A DNA stretch of 64,000 bases from the human T2T-CHM13v2.0 reference genome, Homo sapiens, in assembly GCF_009914755.1 (NCBI RefSeq), contig NC_060925.1. One strand, given 5' to 3'. A model generated the notes under the pieces. It did not search any database. It was given only the letters and a program-made list of their open reading frames with translations, and had not been told where the DNA came from. The translations under genes and the position numbers were made by a program. Below are positions 29,560 through 47,050 of this stretch, piece by piece (within the stretch, counting starts at the first letter, position 1; each line of letters opens with the position of its first letter).

Positions 29560-31507
29560 TTTTTCTTTTTTTTTGGTTAACATTCCAAACATGTATAACC
29601 AATGAAGATGGCCTAAGGTTTTCTTTTTACTGGTATTCACTTCAGTAACTTGAATCCACAGATGTAAGCAGTATATAACCAGAAAGTTACAAGCAAACAC
29701 AAATTATACATGCAAATTTCTGTTCACAAAGGTCACATGTGCAGGTACATGAAATAGAAGCATGCATCTAGGATTATGGCCAAAATGTTTTTAAAATGCA
29801 GAAATGTAAAATTACATCTTGAAAATATGAAAAGATGGTCTACACACTTCAAAAATCAAATGTTGCTTATACCAGAGATGTGTGACAATTACAGGGTTCA
29901 AGTGACAAGCAATAAGATCTCAAAAATTAATACTGGTCAAAGAGAATGGGAATATTTTTACATTTCACTGAAAATACATTGACTACTAGAATATGAAATC
30001 TAGCAGGAACTCAGGGGAAAGATTACAAATTCTAAAGCCAATTACTTAATATTTCTTATTACCTAAACAACAGAATTAACATTAACAGAAAACTGCACCT
30101 GCATTTGCATTGCCAATCTCACATTAATGAAGTTCCCCAAAAATGAAATGCAACCAAAACAGGTTCAAACTCCAAATGAAAGTCTGCAAGGCTCAGATTA
30201 AAACATGGAATGTTTCAGATGAAAGTAATGAAAATACTATTGGTTTTGTTATTTATTGAATGGAATAAAATGTTGACATTTCTTTGAAACTTGGAACTAC
30301 TACATTTCATTTTTCCAAATGGTTCTACATTTTTTTCTTAGTGGTGCAAGTTGTCTTAAGTAGCTTAGGAAGTCAATCTCTACAAATTACTTATGTCTGT
30401 TGCCATTCTGATAAAACAAAAACTATTCATTAACTTAACCATATGTGTATTTTTTTTTTGCTGTAACACTGAACACATGAACAGACATCTATTATTTCTC
30501 CACTAAAACAAAAGAGTACAATAGTTTTCTTCTAACTATCAGTATTGTATTTAAGAAAGGTTAACATTAAAAACAAAGGACCATTATTTTCTTTGAAATC
30601 ATTAAATCTTCTTACATATCTTAAGTTCCCTTCTGTCTGCGTTTGTCTGCAAATTTATTCAGAAATTTCTTTAATTTCTGATAATGAGGAAGGCTGATAC
30701 AATGAGTATTCTTTGCAACTTCTTCATTTGTATAAGAGTGATCACAGCTTACAGTAAAACCCTGTTTTAGGTATCACATAGTCTATACCAACAGGAATAT
30801 TGGGCTGATATGGTCCAATTCTATACTCTTCTGGGATTGTATAGTCCTCCTTGTTCTCATCACTTTGACCATCTGCGTTTTCAGTTGTATCTTTGTTGGG
30901 ATCATCAGCATTCTCAGCAGATTCAGTACCTGGTTCTGTGTTTTCCACATTTTTAATTCCATTTTCCAATGCTGCTTCGTTTTCTTGATTAAATTCCTCC
31001 ATCTTGTCCACTTTAATTTCAACCAAACCATCATCATTTCTGTCACCAGATTTAAATGCCATGCCCGATTTACGAAGTTCCTGAAGTTCCAAATCTTTCT
31101 CATCACCAACCTCATCTAGAGTGAGAAAACCTTCCATACTCCCTGGGAAACGACGCTTTTTAAGCTTTTTCTTTGCTGCTGCTGAAGCACTTGCATCGTT
31201 TTTCACAGTACCTGAAGGTTCCTTTTCTCCATCGGAAGCCATATCACCTAAATTAGCAAGATCAGTCTCGTCTCCCACTGAACTGCCACTTTCTAGCAGT
31301 GCTGCTGCTGCTGCTTCTTCATCTACAAGTAACTCATCTTCAGATTCAAGAAGCATATTCGGTTCCTGCTCTGTCTGGTCATCCTTTGTGTCTTTCTCAC
31401 CATCTTCACCGGACTTCTCTTCTTGTTCTTTATCTTCGGTTGAACTTTCAGTCTTCTGGGAACCATCTTGGATTTCTTGTCACTTGGAGATTCTTTGCTG
31501 TCTGGAG
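29560..31507 (-). pseudogene. MATR3: MATR3 processed pseudogene, 3' half (C-terminal CDS, ~1.05-kb 3'UTR, poly(A))
   Basis: [14 protein letters not shown]...AKKKLKK...[27 protein letters not shown]; intronless; ancestral stop at 30621-30623; T-run at 29560-29574; premature stop at 30742. Confidence 0.95.
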
Positions 31508-35010
<3,503 letters not shown>

Positions 35011-36074
35011 CCATAAAACCCATTGAAATGTCTTTCTTTGCTCCTTTCAACAGACGTATGTTATTTCTGATGAGTGCAAGATTCTGACATTACAGTTTTG
35101 TTTTCCTCCTCTCACGTATCTATAGATTGTATTTTACAGTTTTTTACATTGTGTCATTAGTGATAGATTCAATGATTGTATGATTCTTTTTTTTTTTTTA
35201 AATCTCTAAATTTCCCCTCTGAAACTTTGTAGTATATATTCATTGTCCCTGGAGTTTAGCAGCTTCACTAAAGTTCAACTCATGGAATCTTTTTTATATA
35301 TATTTGAAACTCAAGAGAATTTGCCTCTCCCTCTAATGATCACATTCAGCAAATGTTCTATTTGGGTTTCTTTTGAAGAGATCCAATGATATCTGTCTGG
35401 ATTCAGTTTCAAGAAAAGAAAGACAGGTTATATATTTTGTATGGCCATTTATTTTAGCCTGCTGCTAAGAGATACAAGGGCACCCACTCTCTGACAAAAA
35501 TATCTTAGAAAACTTGCTGTTTCAGAATTGCAATTGTGATTCCCTCAATATGCTGAAATTTACTTTCTCCAAGGAGAAAGTTGGAAAAAAGAGGAGTTTA
35601 AATTATATACTGAGGCCATATTTTTTGTTCATCCATAAAATGTAAAGAATCTGATCATTTTTAATATTTGATATAGTATTGTCAAAAGTCCAAATAATTT
35701 GAGACATTAGAGTTGAAAGACAGTGATAGCATATCATACTGCAAACTATACACCATATAGGAAATACATTTAAAATATTAACTTTTGAGCCCAGAATTTT
35801 CTTTGAACCTGTCTCTTTTGTGTACCATAACATTTGCAAGTTATTCTATATGCTGACATTTTTCAAAAACCTTTTATCAGAAGCAACCATATTCTGACCT
35901 AGGTGATTTATTCATTGTTTCTTATATCCCTCTCCTACCCCCAATTAGATTTGCTATCAAATTGTTGCCCACATATTTACAGAATCCTATACACACATAT
36001 ATCTACTAAGAATCCAAGATTATATGCCAAACACAGTGTTTTAAAGTTATTGATCAAAATATTTAATTATTTGC

Positions 36075-36430
36075 TTTCTGTCCCTGAAAAAGAAATTATG
36101 GCGGGCTTGTTAGTGTCTCTACTTGCAGGAGGATTTTACTTCCCTATGCTCTTGGACCTAGGAGTGGTCAGATAACTTTTTGGCCACTTCAGAGCTGATG
36201 TTTTAAGAACTCACTTGTTTTCTGTGTTTCTTTTTCCTCAACACCAACAATATTATAGATATGAGCTGCTCTGCCTATTACAGATATGGAATTAAGGCAA
36301 TGTGGTATAGAGCAAAACTGACCCACAATGACCATTTAACTTAAATGACACACATTAGTTTTTATAAGCAGATGAGAATTGGGAGTAGTTTATGATCAAA
36401 GCAAAATTTAGCTTATTCTGATCAACGTAC
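36075..36430 (+). mobile_element. Degenerate MLT1-type LTR
   Basis: ttacttccctatgctctt...gacccacaatg...ttttataagcagatgagaattgggagtagtt. Confidence 0.45.
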
Positions 36431-36917
36431 CTTTAAAAAATACAGTTTTCTCATACTTCTTTTGAAAGGTCAAATAAAAATTCACATAGAATGTTTTCAT
36501 TTTTTATTATATTCTCTGCAAAACTAATGATAAGAGAAGGCAGCTATGGTAAAGAAAACAATCTGCCTTTCTTATGTATATTGCCATTACTATTGAAATA
36601 TTTCACCTCTGTGTTATTGAATTTTCTTCAGTTCTCATGAACTGCATTCCCAGACAAACTACAAATCACACACCAAGGATTTTATCTGTGTCTGCTTATT
36701 TAGTAGACTTACCATTACTCAGCTTTAATGAGACCTAGTCAGGCCCATAACCCTGCTGATTTTCACAGATATAAATAAATCCAAAGTCCCAGACACTGGG
36801 CTACCCAATTACAAACTATGAAACCCAGATATTAGAGGCACAGTGAGAATTGGTTGAGCAAATGAAAGAAAATGAAATAAATATAACAACAAGTAAATTA
36901 TTTGGCCAAGCATTGCT

Positions 36918-37075
36918 CTAGGCCAGAACCAAAGAAAAATTTCTGTAAAGAGCCAAACAGCAAATATTTTAAGCTTTGCAAGCAATATGATAACTGCTGT
37001 TGTAGTGTGAAATCAGCTGCAGACCTACAATTGATATGAGTGAGACTGTGTTCAAATAACATTTTATTTACAAAA
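36918..37075. mobile_element. MER58-like hAT MITE fragment
   Basis: tttctgtaaagagccaaacagcaaatattttaagctttgca...ctgtgttcaaataacattttatttacaaaa. Confidence 0.65.
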
Positions 37076-37807
37076 TTAATTTAATATTTTTTAAATTGAA
37101 TATTAACATTTTACTATATGAGGTATATTCCAAACTATACCATTTTTGAAACCTGTATATTTGTTGATATGAAGAAGCTTACATTTTGACTTAAGTTTAA
37201 TTTGGCTAAAATAATTTATTTTATGATTATTCACAAAAATACTATAATAAATATTTTATTTATTCAGAATTAGCAATTTTCTGATAGGCAATTTGAGTTC
37301 AACAGTGAAAATTAAAGTCAACCTCAATTATATCTGTCACTACTAAAGGTCAACTATTAATCCGAGAAGTTGTTTTTATTTTAACAATGTAAATATGCAT
37401 AGACATGGAAATCTGAATAATACCCAAAAATGTTTCAATTATAGAATAAGTTATTAGCCATGAGAAGTAATATTTGTTGCATGTAATAGCATATTTTCAT
37501 TACAATTATAATCTAAGTAAAGTTGTATTATAATAAAAAGTATAGCAATATAAAATAAATACAACGTTAATTATTGATTACATTTAAATAGTTAATCTCT
37601 TCAGTTACATATTTTATGCTTATTATTAACTACAAACTACTTTAAATTGCATGTAATTAATATGCATTGAAGGTCTACTTAATTACTTTTCATTTTTCTT
37701 ATATACCACAATTGTATATTTTAGGCCCTTATTTATCTTTTGATGTTTTATTTTCAATTTTTAAAAGTCAATAATAATTTATAATAATAATTATAGTAAG
37801 AAATTAT

Positions 37808-38101
<294 letters not shown>

Positions 38102-38149
38102 GAAAAAAATTATATATTAACTTGAAAGTAATATTAAATGTTCCTTTAT

Positions 38150-38553
38150 CTTTTTTGTCTAAGTTTTGTTTTAACTTCCAGGGTACATGTGCAGGATGTG
38201 CAGGTTTATAACATAGGTAAACATGTGCCATGGTGGTTTTCTGCAAAGATAAACTCATTTCCTATGTATTAAGCCCAGCATCCATTAGCTATTCTTCCTG
38301 ATGGTTTCCCTCCCTCCTCCAGCTTCCTCTAACAGGCCCCAGTGTACGTTGCTCCCCACCATGTATCCGTATGTTTTAATCGTTCAGCTCACAGTTATAA
38401 ATGAGAACATGCAGTGCTTGCTTTTCTGTTCCTGCATTAGTTTGCTGAGGATAATGACTTCCAGCTCCATTCATGTCCCTGCAAAAGATATGAACTCATT
38501 CTTTTTTATGGCTGTATAGCATTCCATGGTGTATAAATACCACATTTTCTTTT
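38150..38553 (-). mobile_element. L1PA (older subfamily) 3' end fragment
   Basis: gggtacatgtgcaggatgtgcaggt...atgagaacatgcagtg...attccatggtgtataaataccacattttc. Confidence 0.9.
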
Positions 38554-38554
38554 T

Positions 38555-41500
38555 CCACTCTTTTGGGTTGTTACAGAAACACCAGAGATCAATTTATATG
38601 TTTATGCAAAAACAACTGTTTATGGGACTCTTGGGCTGGTTTCAGTACCCCCTTTCTATTTATCAATTCCTCAATCATGAGGAATCCAGTTGTCAATCCT
38701 TCTGGGTACTTCATGTTGAGGAGGGGTGTTGTCAGAAGCTCCATACCATGGTTGACCATGTAGCCACCCAGGAATCAAAGGTTAATCTAATATAGAGTTT
38801 TCTTCTGACATACAATATTTCTCTTCAGTCCACCACTTCCACCAAAGACAAATCAAAGAAGGACCAATCTACTTGAAAAATTAGCTTTAGTCCCATATAC
38901 TTGGCTTGATTACCCACAAAAAATGTGACAAGAATCATTGTCCATATATACTCTCCCTAATTGGCTTTACTGAAACATCTCAAAGGTCATTTTGGTCAGA
39001 GCCCTGAGAAAATAACCAGTTCCTTCAAATGTGTCTCATTACAAAAGAAAACTTGTGGTTATTAACTGTATGCAAACAAACACAATACCATGAATTAAGA
39101 CGTTTCACAAATAGTTTACAAATTCTGGAGAAATTGGGCAAAGAAAGAGAAACATGACTCAAATTATGTTTACGAAACTATACACAATACACTTAAAGTA
39201 TGTTCCAAGGCTATAAATAGCCTAAAAGAAAAAGATTCTCCAGATTTTGAAAAACAAAACAAAAAGCAATATTTCAAATAAAAAAAGCCATAAAAAATTA
39301 TTTCTGTCCTCCATTAGCTTAGCCCATGCAATCAACTCTTGTTCTGCTTCATATTGAGTTAGCAATCTTCACAAATACATCAGACTTAGTGTCCTGAAAG
39401 TTTTCTCTCTAATCAAATGGAAAAGTCTCCAAGTTATCAGAAACCTGCATTCAAGAGTAATTTTCATGAACTCTTCCAAGGAAGCAGGCCTTGGACTGTA
39501 GCTGTTTATAAGCCAATTTTTTTTGAGAAAGATCAAAGCAAACCATCAATTGTGGATGACAAAAGTCTTAGGACAGCCATAGTTAAAGACACAGTTGACA
39601 AGAAAATGTGTTTTTTCTGCTGCATACAACAATTTAATATAATCATAATTATTACTGACAACATAAATATCAAAACATATCAAAATTTTAGTAATCTCAT
39701 ACAATCCTGGAACACACATTAACAACACATCTATAAGGAAGCTAAGCACCACCTCAGGTTTGACAATGCATCCTGCCTAATACTAACATAACAAACGAGT
39801 CTAATAAGACTAATATGTCTGTCTCTGGCTTCAGAGAAACTAATATTCAAAAAAGTTATTTAAAGGACAAAAAGACTGAAATTAGATCTTAAAAGTTTGC
39901 TGTTGGAAAGTGTCAAGTTTTAAGATACTTGATGACACAAAGTAGGATCACAGTCATTATAAAATAGTCATTCATTAGCCAAAATGATAAAACAAAAATG
40001 TTTACTCTTTAATAGAGAGCAAACACAGTTTCCCAAACAATAAGACCTAATACTTAAGCAGCATGAGGCCAACTAAATCTCTCTTCCCCCTCCATTTTCT
40101 CCCTGCAGTTTACTCAAAGGTAAACAAATAATTTTACCTGTTAATATTATACTTTGTTAAAAAGAGGAAACTAAAGCTTACCTTTGTATGATGTATTGCT
40201 AGTATTAAAGCAATTTCAATATAACCTTATAAACAAATCTAATTTTAATCAGTTTGACCACAAAGTAAGATTTCCATAAATTTTTAGAAATTTTTCCAGT
40301 TTTTTATTAAAAAGTGGATTAATGCTTCAAGAAAGCCTTGTTATCCCAACACCTGGGCCCAGAGGTTGGCCTTGCATCAGTGTGTTTTTGATTTTAATGT
40401 TTAATTTATAGAAAAACTCTGAACTAATCTTAACTCTCAAAATCAACCCTTACATTATCACTCACCCACCTCTTCCCCATCAGTCCCTGGTCCTAGAGGA
40501 ATTGAATAGTTTTAATTTATGGCCCTGTGTCTCACAAAAGCAGTTCATTTTGATTGTTTCTTTCTCTCAGATCCAATGATGATGCTTCAACTGATGTCAA
40601 TGCTCAAAATTTAGCAGGAGTCAGTGACTTTTTCAGACCCAGAAGTCAAAGCCCTGTAATTTAACAGCACAAAATTAGTTAATAAGGTATTTTAACTACT
40701 GAAAGTCCTATCATTTCCTCTGACATGTTACAAATCAAAACACTGTTATTTGGTGTTTAGGAGTTCGCACCTGCAGAACTTCGAGCTACTGTATAAAAGT
40801 AGTTAGGTTATTCACTGCATACATCTAATTACTAGCATTATAGTAACAGGACTGTGACCAAAAGCATAAAAAATGTCATAGATCCCATGCCAAGCATATC
40901 AAAGTAAGACAACTTACTTTTCTCTCCATCATTAAAACCTGATAAGTGAAATAAGAATAAATTATCTCCTTTCACTTAAATACTGTACAACAAAACAATA
41001 AAAAAGTAAGAAAGGAAGAGTAATTTCTTTTCAGCTATTTAAAAAGAGCATTATTGCATATTTCCAAGATTGGTTTCTAGATACAGTACTGACAATGGAT
41101 TTGCTAACTTTTTCCACCAAAATCTTCAAACCAGTGCAATACTTGCACATTTTTTGTTTTTGAGTACACACATGAAGGCTCATAAGTAATAAAATGGTCG
41201 GGATCAAAATTCATTAGAAAGTCTCACATTTTTATTACTACTTAATTCAAGTGAATGTTACTTAATTTTAATAATGGTCAACACAACTAAATAAGTTTGA
41301 GAGAAACTTCAATCAATATAATTTTCTAAACGACAAGGCCAGTCTCCTGAACATTAAAACTTTGCACCCATATCACAGATTTTCTTCATTATCTACAGGA
41401 AAATATCTGAAATTTACTCAAGCTATTAATTGAATTGAATTGTCCAGGAAATAAACATCATTTAAACATTTTTGTTCTCATCTACTTTTTCAAATAATAA

Positions 41501-42005
41501 ATAATGTACTATTTCTGTTCAGAACTTATTTTAAAAGTCTTTTATGTATTTGTAGTTGTTGCTATTGTTGTTGTTGGCCAGTAAGCTTAAAGCTCTCATA
41601 GATCTCTAGATAATCAGAAGCAAACAAAACCAGCCAAATTCCAAATGGCTGGTGTGCTCCATCAATTCCTGCAGGCCCAACAAACGTAGCCTAGGAATTT
41701 TAGATGAATAGAATAAATGGACTGGGCTTGGTGGCTCATGCCTGTAATCCCAGTACTTTGGTAGGCTGAGGCAGGTGGATCACCTGAGGTCAGGAGTTTG
41801 AGACCATCCTGGCCAACATGATGAAAACCCATCTGTACTACGAATACAAAATTAGCTGGATGTTGTGGCAGGCACCTGTAACCCCAGCTACTCAGGAAGC
41901 TCTGGCAGACGAATCACTTCAACCCAGGAGACAGAGGTTGCAGTCACCCAAGATCGGGCTATTGTATTCCAGCCTTGGTGACAGAGTGAGATTCTGTTTC
42001 AAAAA

Positions 42006-42041
<36 letters not shown>

Positions 42042-43785
42042 AGCAAATGATGACTTGCTAGAAATCCACAGGAAACAAAATAACTATTCACAGAACCAAA
42101 TAAAATTATTCCACTAGAAAATAAAAATCATCAATGGTTTTATATTTTTGCATACACAAGCCATAAACCCAAAGAAGAAAAAAACAGCAACCAAATGAAA
42201 ATCAGAAGCAAAAAAAAAAAACAGGAAACTAACCCTAAATGTTTCCAACTCAGTCTACCTTGGGGGCCACTTTTAGAGCCTAAAAGTCACATGATTAATA
42301 TTTTATTCCTGATACACAATTCAGTGTCCTTAAGTCCACCAATATTACCACACATCCTATGCAATCAAGAAGTTCACTTTAGGCACATGACCAGTAATTA
42401 CTCCAGTGCTAGAACTATCCATGAAAAACAGCAAACATAATATGTAGTAATGCAAGCATGTATGTGAGATTTGGCTCCACACTAAATCTGGCTTCATGCT
42501 TAGTTATATTAAAGAATAATTGCTAAACTGCCAGTACATTTCCTTACAATATTTCATATTTTAACTTAATCAAGACTAAGAGTTTTAACTACGAAAAGTT
42601 TAATTAGACAAATTTCTCCAATTGTCTGTCAGATTTTAAATAATATTTTGTTATCTAAACTTTTTCAACTTTCTATTTTCTCCATATGTGCATAAAGATA
42701 GGTACACAGAGAAACAGGAAAAACCACATATGACTTACACAGACTATCCACAACATGTCTGGGCTTTCCATTCAGTCCCAGATTTTTTCCTTCTTCTTAA
42801 ATAACTAGTCATTTTATCCTAGGTCAAAAAATTAACCATATAATGTCTTTTATCATATAAAATTATCTTTTTTTATAAATTTTCTCTCCAAAAATGCATT
42901 TTCATATACATTACTTTCCTCACATCTCTCTCCCCTACTTACTAGTTCCTTACTACTATGTTTCATAAATAACCTTTTAAAGTCTATAATTTAAATTAAC
43001 TTTAATATAACTTCTGAATTAGATAACATAATTCTTTGTCCCACTAATAACACATCTTTAGGTATATTTTATATATATAACTATATATTAACTATAATTC
43101 TTATCCTTGGTAACCTTAAATTTTAGTGAAAACCAAGGAAGTAAGATTTAGTGAAAACCAAGAAAGCAAGAAATCCTAAGCTGCCTATCAGGTATTAGCA
43201 TTTTATGAATGTGAAGAATTCCACATTTTTTAGAACATGTTTCTAACCTTTTCTGAATTAGAAATGATGTAACCATTTGATAAAAATATTTTAAATTGCA
43301 CAAAAACTTCACCTACAGCACTTATACATTCATATTTTAAGAGTTTATCTAGAATATTTATGTATTTTCTTGTTATCCAGTTTATATTCTGTGAAAATTA
43401 AGGTTTACTACCTGGACATTTTCACCAATGAAATTCTTTCACCAGAATATTCAGCTGTTTTCATTAAACCAACAATATTAAATCAGTCTTACTTATCAAA
43501 AAATTGACACAAAAATTGTTTTGTTGTGGCTAGATTTATGATTCCGTAACTTTCTGTGACAAGCCCTTATATCTCAAAATATCTAGCAAAGACAAATAGA
43601 AAACCCAGACAAAAATGTATGCTGACAATTCTGAGGGTATTTCATTTTTATTTTATCAATAATCTTAAAGCCAGGTTGCTTATTAAAGGTTTACTTAAGT
43701 CATGTGAACATGAAAAATGCTTGGACATTTTTACTTAATTTATGAGTGCTCTTTTATTTGTAAGCCGATTTGGTAGACATAACAT
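38555..43785 (-). mobile_element. ERV1 MER4-group non-coding internal sequence, no LTR recognised
   Basis: AT-rich tract with motifs recalled from MER4-group internals (gtatgctgacaattctga..., acttaagtcatgtgaac, caattgtggatgacaaaagtcttaggacagcc). Confidence 0.7.
41719..42042 (+). mobile_element. AluS with (TAAA)n tail inside the ERV internal
   Basis: ggatcacctgaggtcaggagtttgagacc. Confidence 0.93.
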
Positions 43786-44449
43786 GTGTGTTAACTAACA
43801 TTGATTGGTTAAAAACCCCAATCAATATCCAAAATATATATAGATGCAAAAATATGTAACATAAATTTAGAAAATTGAATACCATAATAAAGAAATGCAA
43901 AATGCATTATAACAAAGTGAGGTTAACACCAGATATTAAGATCAGTTTAATATTAAAGAATCAATGTAATTTATTATATGTATAAATATATGACCAATCC
44001 AGAGATAGTAACCATGCAGTATTTGAGCAGTTTACTGTAAAAAAAACTGTTAACTACAACAGGAGTTGAAATTATTATAAGTTGGTTAGTAAGAAGTAAG
44101 CATATCTCCAAAAATTACTGAAGTAACAGACATCGTAGGCATTTCCCATAGGATTGAGCTATAGGAGAGCCTTTGCCTGCAGTTCAAAGATATAAGACTG
44201 AAGATATATCTTGGAGATGGCAAGACTATTGCTTACTGAATGACAGAGCAGTCACTGTGGAGATGCACTGCTGAAATTTCCTGAAAATCATTCCTCTAGA
44301 ATTTGCCATATGTTGTTGAAAAGCCCTTCATGTGGAGGTTTCTAATGCAGACACTCTGCTGCAGTCTAAAAAATGAAAATGTAAAGAATAAAGAAAATAA
44401 TGATTCATATATACAAATAAATACATATACGTAATGAGAAACATAGAAA

Positions 44450-47050
44450 ACATCCAAAGTTACCAGTCTTGATTTCTGTAATTGTTCTCAAGGCCTTAAT
44501 TTATATCTATAGCTTCATTCAAACTACCATTTCAGTATTTCCCTGCCCTTGAGTTCACCTCCTCTGGTCAAGATTCTTTTCTGTATTGACCTAAATCTTC
44601 ATTCTCAGAAAGTCTGAAATCCTCAGTATGTGTTTTTTTGTTTGTTTGTTTGTTTGTGTTTTTTTTTTCTGATTTCTGAGATTTTCTATCAACATTTACA
44701 ATTGGGCATGGATATACTTGGAAAGTGCCCCAGAGAATCTGCTGGGTTGTACATATAGTCTACTTTGACTTCATTATGTAGAAGCAATACTTTTTCACTT
44801 AAAAGTTAAGGTGAATCACTCCATCCTGTAGATTAATCCTCCTTTTTTTCCATTAGTTTAATGGCATAGGTAGTCCCAAAAGTCCAGGAGGTAGTCTCCT
44901 CTTTCAATTTAGCGAAACCATTAATTGAGTTTTCTTTCTAGATTCATACCACTTTGAGAATTACTGTCTCCAAAGAAACTGAGCTCAAACATACTATGCA
45001 GGAAACAATTATTCGGCAATTGGGTAGATTTTTAGGTATATTATGATTCCTATCATAGAGCCACTCCCATTTCCACATTTATTTTTTTCAGACTCAAGGA
45101 TTCTGGCTATGTGGAAAAGCATACTATATAAAGAATTTTGATTTAAAACATATTGTATCCTGAAGTACATTTTATCCTTTTAGGCATCTCTCTCAACTGG
45201 TGTCAAAATGAGTCTTCAATATGCCAGTGTATCTTTCAATTAGGCCAGCTTCTTCAGGTGATGAAATGTGTGGTAAAACAAATGCATTACATGAGTATAA
45301 GTTTATTTTTGCACTTTACTTTCTCTGAAATGAATTCCTGATCATGCCTAATGTGAGAAATGACTCAAAGCTAAGGTATGTTGATCATCTAAGGTTCCAT
45401 GGTTGGGCTTTCATTCTCTACCAAGACCCAGTAGCAAGTCAGAGTCTGTTTCTCAGAAGGAGAATAGTATCATCTGCTAAACGTGGCACAGATTTTATTA
45501 AAAATCCTGGAGATTTTCTCTGCAATTTTTCTATTTCTGCTCACCAGAGACTCATATAGCATTCCTATATGCTTCATACATTATAAATATTAATAAATCT
45601 GTTGAATTACAAGGCCCAATTATTAGAATGCCTTATACTACAGACTGAATGTGAATTTGCTGTGGAGTCGTCTTCTTTTGCTATCGTACCCACTTATAAA
45701 TGGCTATCTTGTGTACAATTCTGTAGATGAACCAAAGCAGCACACTAAAAGGTAATATACAATACTTGAAAAATCCAAAATAGACTACTAAGTATTGTGC
45801 ACTTTGCTCATAGTACATAATGAGAGGTATGATAACTTGTCTTTCTCTTTGGAGAAGCTATCTTGACATGCTCCAGAGCATTGAAATAACAAAACCTACA
45901 CTGGGAAGGCAGGTTTATGAAATTGTGTTGGGTACATTTTCCACCTACTTTTTCATAAAATGTGCTTGTGGCTTCCTCCTTATCAGGTTTAATCAGTAGA
46001 ATGTCATTAGCTTAGTAGACTACTTAGATGTTTTTTGAATTGTCAAGATGATCAGTCTCCCTATTGACTATATTATGACATGGAAAAGAATTGGCAAAGC
46101 CCTGAAACAACATTCTAGAACTACACTGTTGGACCTGCCAGGTAAAAGCAAACCACTTGCAGATTAGTATGGAGAATAAGGAATTAGTCAGATCTATAGC
46201 TTCATATCGAGTGACAGAGATTGTGATAAACTATATACAGTCTCCCTAAGATGACCATGTCTTAATGTCAGAACCTATGAATATGTTACCTTACATGGCA
46301 AAAGAGACATTGTACATTCATTAAATTAAGGACCTTCACAATGGAAGATTATCCTGAATTATCCAGAGACTCCCAATATAAACACAAAGGTATTTGTATG
46401 AGGGAGGAAGAAGGGTCAGAATCATAAAGAAAAGATGTGCTTGTCAGATGTAGAGTTCAGTTAGGAGAGAAGCTTCAACACTACTGGCTTTGAAGATGGA
46501 AAGAGACCACAAACCAAGAAGTATAGGTGACCACTAAAAGCTGAAAAACTGATGAAACAAATTCTCCACTAAAATTTACAGAAAAGACCTGAGCATTTCA
46601 AACACCTTGATTTTAGCTTACTAAGGCTTATTTTGGATTTATGATGGCCAGAACTGTAAGATGATACATGAGGTTTTCAGTCACTAAGTTTTTGGTAATT
46701 TTAAAGCACAAGAAAATTAAACAGTGGTTATGGTGATTTGTCCCAATAAAAATATCAAAACTACAAATGAAAATTGAGTAATAAATTCAGGTCAATTGCC
46801 CTACCTACTTAAGCCTTTATATCTCCTACTCTGAATTATGCCACAGATGATATGGCAATTCAGTCTCATTAACTATAGTCTACAGCTGAGTCCAAGTCTC
46901 AGTCAACCAAACAATTTGTGAATGGAGATATATCTACCTGCATAAGATAACATACCCCAGAATCTCTAATAAATTCACTAGTGACTATAGAAAAAAAAGA
47001 TCAAAATAAGAATTATTACTCCATGGCTGAGATAGAATATCCAAGAAATA
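44450..47050 (-). mobile_element. Degenerate ERVL-class internal (pol relics)
   Basis: ggccagcttcttcaggtgatgaaatgtgtggtaaaacaaatg; gtagaatgtcatt; ccaggtaaaagcaaaccacttgc resemble antisense ERVL pol. Confidence 0.55.
46235..46723 (+). mobile_element. MLT1C/D LTR inserted in the ERVL relic
   Basis: gaacctatgaatatgttaccttacatggcaaaagagac...ctggctttgaagatgga...ccagaactgtaagatgata. Confidence 0.85.

Noticed and set aside
43122-43171. 25-bp tandem duplication (tttagtgaaaaccaagRaagYaaga twice)
   Set aside because: Ordinary slippage duplication inside an ERV relic.
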